DNA of 64,000 bases from Longimicrobiales bacterium (lineage in GTDB: Bacteria; Gemmatimonadota; Gemmatimonadetes; Longimicrobiales; Gaopeijiaceae): positions 401,365 to 465,364 of the forward strand of contig JAWLHJ010000004.1 in assembly GCA_041690395.1 (NCBI GenBank), written 5' to 3'. Each line of letters begins with the position of its first letter. The stretch's first letter is position 1. Positions 9,837 to 18,561 of this stretch are shown here, in pieces. The notes under the pieces are model-generated. The model saw nothing but the letters and a program-made list of their open reading frames with translations, was not told where the DNA came from and ran no database searches. Made by a program: the position numbers and the translations under genes.

Positions 9837-11021
9837 ATGAGTGCACGAATCATCGTGGTGGGCGGTGGCGTCTTCGGTCTGACCGCCGCCATCGAGCTCA
9901 GGACCCGGGGATACGACGTGGCCGTGCTCGAGGCCGGCCCGGTCCCCCACCCGCGGGCCGCCAGCACGGACGTGAGCAAGGTCGTTCGCATGGAGTACGG
10001 CGCCGACGAGAGCTACATGGCCCTCATGGAGCAGGCCCTCCTCGGATGGCGCACGTGGAACGACGAGCGACGGAGCGACGGGCTGGAGCCGCTCTTCCAC
10101 GAGACCGGGGTGCTCATGGTATCGAGGGAGCCCATGAGTCCCGGGGGCTTCGAGCACGACAGCCACGCCACGCTGCGGCGACGAGGACACGAGCCGGAGC
10201 GGCTGGACGCCGAGGCTATCGCGCGTCGATACCCGGCGTGGCGTCCCGGCGCCTACGTGGACGGATTCTTCCATGCCCGGGGGGGCTATGCGGAGAGCGG
10301 CCCCGTCGTGGCGTGGCTGGCCGACCGCGCCCGGGCGGCGGGGGTGCGGGTCCGTCCCGGCGAGGGCGTCGCGGCCCTGATCGAGCGCGGTGGGCACGTC
10401 CGCGGCGTCCGAACCCGCGCGGGTCGCCGGGTCGAGGCAGACCACGCCGTCGTGGCGGCCGGAGCCTGGGCGTCCCGCCTGCTCCCCGGACTCGCGGACA
10501 GCATCCGGCCCACCGGCCACGCCATCTTCCATCTCCGTCCCGCCCATCCGGAGCCGTTCCGGGCACGCCGGTTCCCGGTCTTCACCGCGGATATCGCGCG
10601 GACCGGATACTACGGATTCCCGCTCCACCCGGGCGGCTTCGTCAAGATCGCGAACCACGGACCCGGCCGTCCCGTGGATCCGGACACGCCAGCCGCCGTG
10701 ACCGAAGAGGACGAGGGCCGGCTTCGGGCCTTCCTGGCGGACACCTTCCCTTCCCTGACCGACGCGCCCGTCGTCTATTCGCGCGTCTGCGCATACGCCG
10801 ACACCCCCGACGGGGACTTCTGGATCGCGCCGGACCCCGAGCGGCCCGGCCTGACGGTCGCGGGCGGCGGGAGCGGACACGGCTTCAAGTTCGCGCCGGT
10901 CCTCGGTGCGCTCACCGCGAATGCGCTGGAGGGCCGGGGCGATGCTCGGCTGGGACGGTTCGGCTGGCGCCCGGAGGTTCGACGCGGGCGGGGGGAGGCG
11001 GCGCGGTATCGGGAGGAGTAG
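9837..11021 (+). CDS. FAD-dependent oxidoreductase (sarcosine/fructosyl-amino-acid oxidase-like)
   Basis: 'VVGGGVFG', 'AASTDVSKVVR', 'CAYADTPDGDF', 'GGSGHGFKFAP'. Confidence 0.88.
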   Translation: MSARIIVVGGGVFGLTAAIELRTRGYDVAVLEAGPVPHPRAASTDVSKVVRMEYGADESYMALMEQALLGWRTWNDERRSDGLEPLFHETGVLMVSREPMSPGGFEHDSHATLRRRGHEPERLDAEAIARRYPAWRPGAYVDGFFHARGGYAESGPVVAWLADRARAAGVRVRPGEGVAALIERGGHVRGVRTRAGRRVEADHAVVAAGAWASRLLPGLADSIRPTGHAIFHLRPAHPEPFRARRFPVFTADIARTGYYGFPLHPGGFVKIANHGPGRPVDPDTPAAVTEEDEGRLRAFLADTFPSLTDAPVVYSRVCAYADTPDGDFWIAPDPERPGLTVAGGGSGHGFKFAPVLGALTANALEGRGDARLGRFGWRPEVRRGRGEAARYREE

Positions 11022-11164
11022 GCGCGGGCAGGAGCTCAGCCGTGGGAGGAAGTCGAGCACCACCTCCAACTCAGATGTCCAACACTCTTGTGCCGGGCCG
11101 ACCTGTCGCGCACTTTAACTACGCTGTAGGTATATCAACTTCCCCACCTTCCGAGTGCCTCTCA

Positions 11165-11497
11165 ATGGCTTACCTCGGCGCTTTCGAACAGCTCATCCTG
11201 TTCTCCGTCCTCCAGCTGAAGGATGAGGCGTACGGCGCCTCCATTCGCGAAGACATCGAGGACCGGACCGGGCGGACGGTCTCGATCGGTGCGATCTACA
11301 CGACGCTCGGCAGGCTCGAGGATCGTGGGCTCGTACGGTCCGCAACAGAGGAGCCTCAGGGCCGCACCGGTAGGCCGAGGAAGTACTATGCGCTGTCCCC
11401 GGAGGGCGCACGGGACCTTCGCGAGGCGTACACCTCGATCCAGGCGATGGCCGGAGGCCTGGTCTCCGAGCTCGATCGCCTCGCGGAGAACGGATGA
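11165..11497 (+). CDS. PadR family transcriptional regulator
   Basis: 'LGAFEQLIL', 'GAIYTTLGRLEDRG', 'GRPRKYYAL'. Confidence 0.92.
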   Translation: MAYLGAFEQLILFSVLQLKDEAYGASIREDIEDRTGRTVSIGAIYTTLGRLEDRGLVRSATEEPQGRTGRPRKYYALSPEGARDLREAYTSIQAMAGGLVSELDRLAENG

Positions 11498-14202
11498 CCC
11501 CCGATCGGCGTGAAGGGGGGTGCCCACCCCGGCTCCTACGGCTTCTCGTCCGGCTGCTGATCCGTGGGCGCGACGCGTCCTACATCCTGTCGGACCTGGA
11601 CGCCTCGTTCGCCCGCGACATCGAGCGCGGGCAGAAGCGCGGCCGTGCGGTGCGGCGCTATGCCTGGAACGCCCTGGCTTCCGCGTGGGCCGTCTGGACC
11701 ACGGCGCTGCGCCGAATCGTCACACACGGCATCGGCCTCGACACGAGGCTCGGCCTCCGCCTGCTCGTGAAGCAGCCGCTGATCACGACCGTCGCGGTGC
11801 TCGCGCTGGGTCTCGGCATCCCGGCGTCGCTCTTCCTCCTGCACGGTATGGATGTCCTCTACAGCGATCTCCCGGTCCCGGATGGCGATCGCGTGGTCGG
11901 GATTCGCCACTACGACGTGGAGCTCCAGAATCCGTCGCTCTCTTCGGTACATGATCTCGAGCGATGGAGCGATCTGACGTCGCTCGAGTCGATCGGGGCG
12001 GTGCGTCCTTACTCGGTGAACCTCAATGCGGAGGAGAGCGGCGCGTCGCCCGCCCGCGCCGCCGAGATCACGGCCTCGTCGTTCGACATCTTGCGTGCAC
12101 GGCCGCTGCTCGGCCGGTTATTGGACCCCTCGGACGAGCGCGACGGAGCGCCCGACGTCCTCCTGGTCGGGGAGGAGCTCTGGGGCGCCCGCTTCGCACG
12201 TGACCCCGACATCGTGGGGCAGTCGGTCCGTATCGGGCGCACGCCCTTCACCGTCGTCGGCGTCATGCCGGCGGACTTCCGATTTCCGTCCTCGACGGAC
12301 GTCTGGCTTCCCTTCCGGGCCCGAGCCGTGGATCTACCGGTCGGTGCCGGCCCACGCGCCTTCGTCTTCGGGAGACTCGCGGACGGCGTCTCCATCGAGG
12401 ACGCGAAGGTCGAGTTGACGGGCCTCACCGAGCGACGCGCCAGTGACGACTCGGACCAGTTCGAGCGCCTCGTGGGCGAGGTGGTCGGTATGGCGACCCT
12501 GCTCCTCAACGAGGAAGCGGAGCCGTTCTGGAGCCGCCCGGAGCTCGTCATCGTCCAAGCGCTGATCTTCGGCTTGCTCCTGGTGGTGTGCGGCAACGTG
12601 GGCACCCTCATTCTGGCGCGCACCGCCGCGCGCTCCAACGAGATCACGATCCGCACCGCACTCGGAGCCAGCCGCGCCCGGATCCTCACGCAGCTCTTCA
12701 TCGAGGCGCTCGTACTCGCGGTGGTCGCCACCGGGCTCGGGCTCCTCCTGGCCAACACCTTCGCGAGCTGGCTGATGCGGCTTCTCGCGCCCTACGACTT
12801 CCTCCCCTACTGGGCGGACCTCACGCTTACGCCCCGGGTCGTCGGGATCGCGCTCGGGCTCGCCGCGCTATCGGCCGCCGTGGCCGGGATCCTGCCCGCG
12901 CTCTCGCCGACCCGGCGCGCGATCCAGGCGAACCTCCAGCGCACGGGCGTCCGGAGTGGCGGGACCCGCTTCGGCATCGGGTCTTCGGTATTGATCGTGA
13001 GCCAGATCGTCCTGTCCGTGGGGGTCCTGGCCCTCGGTGCCACGGGGGTCAGGACCGCGTTCGCCTACCAGGGCGACGACCTCGGGTTCGACCCCGACCG
13101 GTACGTCTACGCGACGCTCACGGTGCCGGAGCTCGACCCGATGGAGGTCCAGGATGCGTCCGACTCGCTCGCCTGGCAGACGCACCTCGAGGAGATCCAA
13201 CGAGCGCTCCTCACGCGCCTCTCCGAGGAGCAGGCGGTCGTCGGAGTCGCGATGGGAGGGCACGTGCCCGGCCTCTCATCCCCGAACGGAGACGTGATCC
13301 TCGAGACACCGCCAGCGGGGTTCGCCCCCGTCGAGTGGGACGTCGCGACCCTGCGGGTCGACGTTTCGTTCTTCGCGGGGCTCGGCCGCCCGATCCTCGC
13401 TGGTCGCGACTTCAATGCGGGCGACGTCGAGGGGCCGACCGGAACGCCTCACGCCGCCGTCATCGTGAACGAGTCGTTCGTCCGCCATCACTTCGGAGGA
13501 CGTAACGCGGTCGGGCAACGCTTTCGCTACGAGACCGGGAGGACGGCATCGGGCGCCCGCGACGAAGAGGAGTGGTACGAGATCGTCGGTGTGGTGGGGT
13601 CGTTCGGGACCAACCCGGAGAACTCGGCGCGGGACGCCGCGATCTACCACCCGCTCGCGCCCGGCGAGATCAACCCGGTCCGCTTCACGGTGGAGGTGGC
13701 CGGGGACCCGGAGGCGTTCGTGACACGGCTCCGTCAGATCGCTGCATCGGTCGATCCGGTCGCGACCGTGAGCGCGGGTCTGCTGGCCGCCACCATCCGG
13801 ACCCAGTCGCTGATGTTCCGCTCGACCTTCCTTCTGTTGCTGGCCCTGGCGGGCGCGACGTTCCTCCTCGCCGCCACCGGGCTCTACGCGCTGATGTCCT
13901 TCACCATCTCGCAGCGGACGCGGGAGATCGGGATCCGCAGCGCTCTCGGCGCCAGCACGGCCGACATCGTTTCCACGGTGGCGCGCCGGGCGGCCCTGCA
14001 GGTCGGCGTCGGGCTCGCATTGGGCGTCGCCTGGGGATGGGTGCTGCTCGACAACAGCCGGAACGACGTCGAGGTCGGGAACATCCCGCTCACGCTGGCC
14101 CTCACGGCGGCGATCGCCGGGAGCGCCTGCGTCGCCGCCTGCGCCCACCCTACGCTGCGCGGGCTTCGGATCCAGCCCACCGAGGCGCTCAGGGAGTCGT
14201 AG
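11494..14202 (+). CDS. ADOP-type duplicated ABC permease (MacB/FtsX domains)
   Basis: Two MacB_PCD/FtsX units ('EITIRTALGASR', 'REIGIRSALGA'); ends 'IQPTEALRES'; coupled to PadR. Confidence 0.9.
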   Translation: MTPDRREGGCPPRLLRLLVRLLIRGRDASYILSDLDASFARDIERGQKRGRAVRRYAWNALASAWAVWTTALRRIVTHGIGLDTRLGLRLLVKQPLITTVAVLALGLGIPASLFLLHGMDVLYSDLPVPDGDRVVGIRHYDVELQNPSLSSVHDLERWSDLTSLESIGAVRPYSVNLNAEESGASPARAAEITASSFDILRARPLLGRLLDPSDERDGAPDVLLVGEELWGARFARDPDIVGQSVRIGRTPFTVVGVMPADFRFPSSTDVWLPFRARAVDLPVGAGPRAFVFGRLADGVSIEDAKVELTGLTERRASDDSDQFERLVGEVVGMATLLLNEEAEPFWSRPELVIVQALIFGLLLVVCGNVGTLILARTAARSNEITIRTALGASRARILTQLFIEALVLAVVATGLGLLLANTFASWLMRLLAPYDFLPYWADLTLTPRVVGIALGLAALSAAVAGILPALSPTRRAIQANLQRTGVRSGGTRFGIGSSVLIVSQIVLSVGVLALGATGVRTAFAYQGDDLGFDPDRYVYATLTVPELDPMEVQDASDSLAWQTHLEEIQRALLTRLSEEQAVVGVAMGGHVPGLSSPNGDVILETPPAGFAPVEWDVATLRVDVSFFAGLGRPILAGRDFNAGDVEGPTGTPHAAVIVNESFVRHHFGGRNAVGQRFRYETGRTASGARDEEEWYEIVGVVGSFGTNPENSARDAAIYHPLAPGEINPVRFTVEVAGDPEAFVTRLRQIAASVDPVATVSAGLLAATIRTQSLMFRSTFLLLLALAGATFLLAATGLYALMSFTISQRTREIGIRSALGASTADIVSTVARRAALQVGVGLALGVAWGWVLLDNSRNDVEVGNIPLTLALTAAIAGSACVAACAHPTLRGLRIQPTEALRES

Positions 14203-14235
14203 GTCGGCTCCTGCGCGGGACCTCGTCCCTTGGCA

Positions 14236-14291
14236 TTGACCTCGGATCACAAACAACTATAATACCGTTATCATAACAATAGTATTGTTAT
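14236..14291 (+). promoter_or_regulatory. Sigma70-like promoter with palindromic operator
   Basis: TTGACC (14236-41), 16-bp spacer, TATAAT (14258-63); perfect inverted repeat ATAACAATA-G-TATTGTTAT (14273-14291) in an AT-rich patch. Confidence 0.75.
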
Positions 14292-14307
14292 TTATCTTTC
14301 AGTATTT

Positions 14308-15237
14308 ATGCGACCCATCGCCATCGAACGGAGCTTCCTCCGTTATCCGCTCAACCACCTCCTCGGCGCCCCAGCGAACGTTCGCCTTCTCCGAGTGCTC
14401 GCCGATGAGGTGGTGGGTCCGATCTCTGCCGCAGAAGCCGCGGATCGTGCGGACCTGACGGAAGCCGGTGCGCGGCGCGCCCTCGGGCGACTGGCCGAGA
14501 CAGGCTTCGTCGTGCGGGTCGGAGGCGGCCGCTCGCAACAGTTCGCGCTGAGGGAAGACGACCAGCTGACCCAAGGTCTGGCTACGCTGTTCCGTACCGA
14601 GCGAAGCCGCTTTGAGGCGTTGATCGCGTCGATCCGTGAGCGCCTCGACGGACTGAGCGAAATCCGACTCGCGTGGCTCGACCAGCTACCGGAAGACGTC
14701 GGAGAGCCTCTCGAGATCGGCGTCATCGCCGATCCGGAGTCTCTGGCCTGGCTGGAGACCGAGCTTCGTCGCCGGATCACCGAGGTTGAGCAGCTGTTCG
14801 ACGTGACCATCGAGCTCAGGGGGTTCACACGGGCTGACGCCCCCTCCGTCTCCTGGGAGGAGGCTACCCTGCTCGCCGGCGTCCCCCCGTTTGAAGGGAC
14901 TCACCAACAGGGGCCTTTGGCCGTTCATGCAGATCGAGAGCAACGTGCGCTGAGACTCAGCCAAGCGATCGTGGAGCTGCTTGAAGAAGACCCTTCGATC
15001 GTGCGAAGGGCGGAGCGGCACCTGGAGCGTCTCTTGAAGGATGACCCGGGGCCGGCGTCTGAGGACCTGCGAGAGTGGCAAGCCATCCTCGCCACGTATT
15101 CCCCTGAACGCTTGGCGCGCTTTCTGGTCTCGGAACGCCCTCGCGCCCAGCGCCTCCGACAGAGCTCCCCGTTCTTCGCAGTCCTCACCGCGGATGAGAG
15201 GGACCGCGTAACCGCGGTGATGGAACGGGCGCGATGA
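14308..15237 (+). CDS. wHTH / nucleotidyltransferase-like / helical C-terminal domain protein, putative antitoxin-regulator
   Basis: N-terminal wHTH; C-terminal 'LREWQAIL...RLRQSSPFFAVLT' segment of the kind found upstream of DUF6036 genes. Confidence 0.6.
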   Translation: MRPIAIERSFLRYPLNHLLGAPANVRLLRVLADEVVGPISAAEAADRADLTEAGARRALGRLAETGFVVRVGGGRSQQFALREDDQLTQGLATLFRTERSRFEALIASIRERLDGLSEIRLAWLDQLPEDVGEPLEIGVIADPESLAWLETELRRRITEVEQLFDVTIELRGFTRADAPSVSWEEATLLAGVPPFEGTHQQGPLAVHADREQRALRLSQAIVELLEEDPSIVRRAERHLERLLKDDPGPASEDLREWQAILATYSPERLARFLVSERPRAQRLRQSSPFFAVLTADERDRVTAVMERAR

Positions 15238-15776
15238 CACGCGAAGAACTCGAACACGCCATCCGCGCAGCCTGCGACGTTGCCGATGACACCGAACTCT
15301 TCGTCTTTGGATCCCAAGCCATCCTGGGAGAGCACCCCAATGCTCCCCCGCGCCTGAGAGCGTCCGTAGAGGTCGACGTGCAGCCCGTGAACAAGCCAGA
15401 AGCGATCGACGCTATCGACGGAGCACTCGGAGAGCTCTCGATCTTTCACTCGACGTACGGCTTCTACGTACATGGAGTATCGCTCGAGACTGCAAGGCTT
15501 CCGGTCGGATGGAAGGAACGCACGGTTCCCGTCTCCCACGTCGTGGGAACCCGTGGAAACACAGGATATTGCCTCGAATCCCACGACCTCGCAGCCAGCA
15601 AGCTTGCGGCCTTTCGCGATAAGGACCGGGACTTCGTAAGGATCCTCCTAGTGGAGGAGCTGGTTGACGCGGGCACCTTGAAGACGCGGATCGATGACCT
15701 CGGACTCCCGCAGGACGAAAGCTCGCGGCTGGGCGCCTGGGTGGACCGGACGGTCCGTGACCTTCATGGGCGCTGA
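15234..15776 (+). CDS. DUF6036-family nucleotidyltransferase
   Basis: 'MTREELEHAIRAA', 'VFGSQAILG', 'EVDV', 'HDLAASKLAAFRDKD'. Confidence 0.75.
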   Translation: MTREELEHAIRAACDVADDTELFVFGSQAILGEHPNAPPRLRASVEVDVQPVNKPEAIDAIDGALGELSIFHSTYGFYVHGVSLETARLPVGWKERTVPVSHVVGTRGNTGYCLESHDLAASKLAAFRDKDRDFVRILLVEELVDAGTLKTRIDDLGLPQDESSRLGAWVDRTVRDLHGR

Positions 15777-15812
15777 GGGACTCGAACCCCCGACCCCCTG
15801 CTTGTAAGGCAG
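15767..15812 (-). repeat. att site: duplicated 3' 46 bp of tRNA-Val
   Basis: TGGGCGCTGAGGGACTCGAACCCCCGACCCCCTGCTTGTAAGGCAG is identical to 33521-33566. Confidence 0.97.
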
Positions 15813-15930
15813 AGCCAGGCACACTCAGTCGAGATCACCCGAAGTCACGAAAAGCCTTATAACGACTTGCTTGTTGGCGACTCTGCCGCCAACCTTCGTC
15901 GCTTCCAATCACCGGAAATCACTCCGGCCC

Positions 15931-15950
15931 GTGCACGCACCGTGCACGGC
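15931..15950 (+). repeat. Putative integrase arm-type binding sites (paired GTGCAC)
   Basis: GTGCACGCACCGTGCACGGC matches 33434-33453 at 19/20 positions. Confidence 0.7.
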
Positions 15951-15976
15951 AATTCGGCAGACGAAGAGGTGCCCCC

Positions 15977-17302
15977 GTGAGTAACCTGACGAAGAGATCC
16001 GTGGACGGCGCCTCGCCACCCGAGCGCAAGCCGGGCGAGTCGGACCAGAGCTACCGGAAACGATGGGCGTGGTACAGCGACCTGGAGGTCCCGGGGTTCG
16101 GCGTGAAGGTCTACGGCAGCGGCAGGAAGGTCTACGCGCTCCGCTACCGAACTCAGAGCGGCCGGCAGCGGATGTATACCCTGGGCAAGCACGGTGCGCT
16201 GACCATCAAGGAAGCGCGAGACCACGCGCGTGCTAAGAAGGTCGAGATCCTGGATGGGGAGGATCCTCAGGCCAAGAAGCAACGCGAAGCCGTCGAGATC
16301 CGCACGGTCGAGAAGCTCGTCACCCGGTGGATCGAGGACTACGCCAAGAGCCATCGAAAGCGGTGGAAGGAGGACAAGGGCCGCCTGGATCGTCACGTGA
16401 AGCCGAAGCTGGGCCAACTCTCCCTCGAGGATCTCACCCGGGATGTGCTCGCCGCATGGCACCGATCCCTCGGCAAAGGCACGCAGATCCAGGCGAACCG
16501 ATGTCTGGAGACGCTCCGCGCGGCATGGAGATGGGCCGACGGAGAGGGTCTACTGCCGGAAGGTATCCTGGACCCCACCAGGAGCATTAAGAAGTTCCGT
16601 GAGCGCAGTCGGGACCGCTGGCTCAGAAAGCCAGAGGTGAAGCGGCTCATGGAAGCCGTGGCCAAGCAGAGTGACGACTACGTCCGTGCTGCAATTCCAC
16701 TGTTCCTGCTGACCGGCCTTCGGAAGCGTGAGCTTCTGAACGCCCGATGGGAGAACATCGATCTTGAGCGCGGAGAGATTCGCTTGCCTGAGACGAAATC
16801 GGGGGTCGCTCAGGTCCGACTGCTCCGGCCGCGGGCGGTTCAAATCCTGACTCATCTTCCCCGGGCGAGTGAGAGCCCCTTCGTGTTCCCGTCGCCGCAG
16901 GACCCCATGAAGCCACGAGACGACATCAAGAAGCCCTGGGCCGAGATCCGAGAAAAGGCTGGTCTCCCCAGCGTCACGTTGCACGATCTGCGTCGAACGG
17001 CCGGCTCCCTCATGGCACAGGCCGGAATCCCCCTACAGGTGATAGGAAAGGTGCTCGGGCACTCACACCCCGGCGTCACCAAGCTCTACGCGCGTCTCGC
17101 AAGCGAGAACGAGCGCCAGGCGTTGGACACCCTCTCCGACGAGCTTGAGGGAGTCCTCGGGCTCACAGAGGATTCTGAGGCCGAGGAGTCCCGTTCGCTC
17201 GAGGAGAGCCTCCGCGCCGTGCTAGAATCGTCGGCGGGGGATCCCAAGGCGCTCCAGGCGGGTCTTCGGGACCTTGGATTCCGCTCACCGGTCGAGGCCT
17301 GA
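15977..17302 (+). CDS. Tyrosine recombinase/integrase with N-terminal arm-binding domain
   Basis: 'VPGFGVKV..SGRK' arm domain; 'TGLRKREL', 'ETKSG', 'HDLRRT', 'LGHS', 'TKLYA' (R-K-H-R-H-Y catalytic set). Confidence 0.96.
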   Translation: MSNLTKRSVDGASPPERKPGESDQSYRKRWAWYSDLEVPGFGVKVYGSGRKVYALRYRTQSGRQRMYTLGKHGALTIKEARDHARAKKVEILDGEDPQAKKQREAVEIRTVEKLVTRWIEDYAKSHRKRWKEDKGRLDRHVKPKLGQLSLEDLTRDVLAAWHRSLGKGTQIQANRCLETLRAAWRWADGEGLLPEGILDPTRSIKKFRERSRDRWLRKPEVKRLMEAVAKQSDDYVRAAIPLFLLTGLRKRELLNARWENIDLERGEIRLPETKSGVAQVRLLRPRAVQILTHLPRASESPFVFPSPQDPMKPRDDIKKPWAEIREKAGLPSVTLHDLRRTAGSLMAQAGIPLQVIGKVLGHSHPGVTKLYARLASENERQALDTLSDELEGVLGLTEDSEAEESRSLEESLRAVLESSAGDPKALQAGLRDLGFRSPVEA

Positions 17303-17306
17303 CCGC

Positions 17307-18245
17307 ATGAATCAGCCAAACACTCGCCTTCATCTCCCGAATGCGGATCTGAACCGAGAGGTGCTCGAGGGACGGCAGGCGTTCCTCGCCGCCTTAACGC
17401 GCCTCAGGCCGGATGCCCTTGCAGCGTTGCTGGACGTGTCCGCGCTCCAGCTCAACGACCTCGGCAGGGACGCTCTCCACCTCCTCTCCTGGACGGCGAC
17501 CTCTGACGAGGGGCCTCGCCTCCGGCCCGGGTGGGGCGTCGCAAGCTGGGACCAGCGAAGCATCGATCGCTTGGACACCGAGTACCCGAGCTGGCGCGAC
17601 GTGCGGAGCCGAATAGAGCAGCACATCGGAGGCTGGGGGCAGCGTTTCAACCTCTCTGACCCTTGGCTTGGCGCGGCGGGTTGGGGCACACTGCAATCTT
17701 TCCGTCTCTCGGGTAGCCGTGCCTTCCAGCTTCCGCAGCGTTACCAGGTTGACCGCCTGGAGTATCTCCCCGTGGACCCCGATCAAGCCGGGTACGGGGT
17801 ACTAGGCCACCTGACGACACTGGGCGGTCGGAGCACGGATTCCGGCAGCGATCCGGAGAGACTGTCCATCATGGTATCGCTCGACGAATGGCATCCCCTC
17901 GGGGGAGAAAGCCGGTTTGATGCCCGCGCCCGAATGGTGGGCGCGTTGGAGCAGCTCGTGGACGAGTACCTCGAACGCATCGAGGCTCACGCTCGGGATC
18001 ATGGCGCGAAGCCGATATCCGAGAAGCGTGCACGCCGAACGGGTACTCCGGCCGCTCACTACGAATGGCTGGTCCGCTGGCAGGTGCCGCCCTGCGAGAG
18101 CCTTCGGAGCATCGCCGACCAGCCGGACGGGCAGGGAATAGCCACCCGCTCCCTCGGCGAAAAGACCATTCAGGTGGCGTTGAAGGACACAGCAGCGCGG
18201 ATCGGCCTGACGCGCCGCTCCGGGAGGGCCCGAACCCCCAAATAA
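17307..18245 (+). CDS. Hypothetical protein with possible C-terminal HTH
   Basis: 313-codon ORF right after the integrase; 'ESLRSIAD...EKTIQVAL' segment. Confidence 0.6.
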   Translation: MNQPNTRLHLPNADLNREVLEGRQAFLAALTRLRPDALAALLDVSALQLNDLGRDALHLLSWTATSDEGPRLRPGWGVASWDQRSIDRLDTEYPSWRDVRSRIEQHIGGWGQRFNLSDPWLGAAGWGTLQSFRLSGSRAFQLPQRYQVDRLEYLPVDPDQAGYGVLGHLTTLGGRSTDSGSDPERLSIMVSLDEWHPLGGESRFDARARMVGALEQLVDEYLERIEAHARDHGAKPISEKRARRTGTPAAHYEWLVRWQVPPCESLRSIADQPDGQGIATRSLGEKTIQVALKDTAARIGLTRRSGRARTPK

Positions 18246-18336
18246 GCTCCCGGGACCCTATTTGGGTGTAGCGCATTCGTGATCTCCGCTTCCGTCACTG
18301 AGCAATTCATCGCTCACGTGTGACGGAGAAACAGAC

Positions 18337-18561
18337 ATGGCATCGCAGGATCTCGAAGACCGAACTACCACCCTGAGTCCCGCCGAGGCCGCCCGGCGCC
18401 TCGGCCTCAAAGAGTCCACCCTCAGAAACATGCGCTGGAGGGGTGATGGCCCCCCGTTCGTCCGGGTTGGTCGCCTGTGCCGTTATCGGCTTGTGGACCT
18501 CGATCGCTGGCTAGCGAGCAGGGTGAGGACTTCCACCTCGGATGTCGGCCGCAATGGGTGA
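18337..18561 (+). CDS. Excisionase/AlpA-like HTH protein
   Basis: 'LSPAEAARRLGLKESTLRNMRWRGDGPPFVRVGR..RY...DLDRW'; GGAG RBS. Confidence 0.9.
   Translation: MASQDLEDRTTTLSPAEAARRLGLKESTLRNMRWRGDGPPFVRVGRLCRYRLVDLDRWLASRVRTSTSDVGRNG

Noticed and set aside
8388..11069. 893-aa minus-strand ORF, and similar long ORFs at 42394-44673, 44658-46793, 55364-57400 and 61009-62853
   Set aside because: Antisense shadow ORFs of well-supported genes in high-GC DNA; no motifs
11119..11129. PadR operator CTAC-GCT-GTAG
   Set aside because: A 4-bp palindrome is too short to separate from chance
15767..15812. Second tRNA-Val gene
   Set aside because: Only the 3' 46 nt are present; the D-arm and 5' acceptor strand are missing, so it is an att remnant
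15977..17302. Integron integrase IntI serving the attC-like sites
   Set aside because: It has a phage-type N-terminal arm-binding domain, no visible IntI-specific insertion, and is tied to a tRNA att repeat
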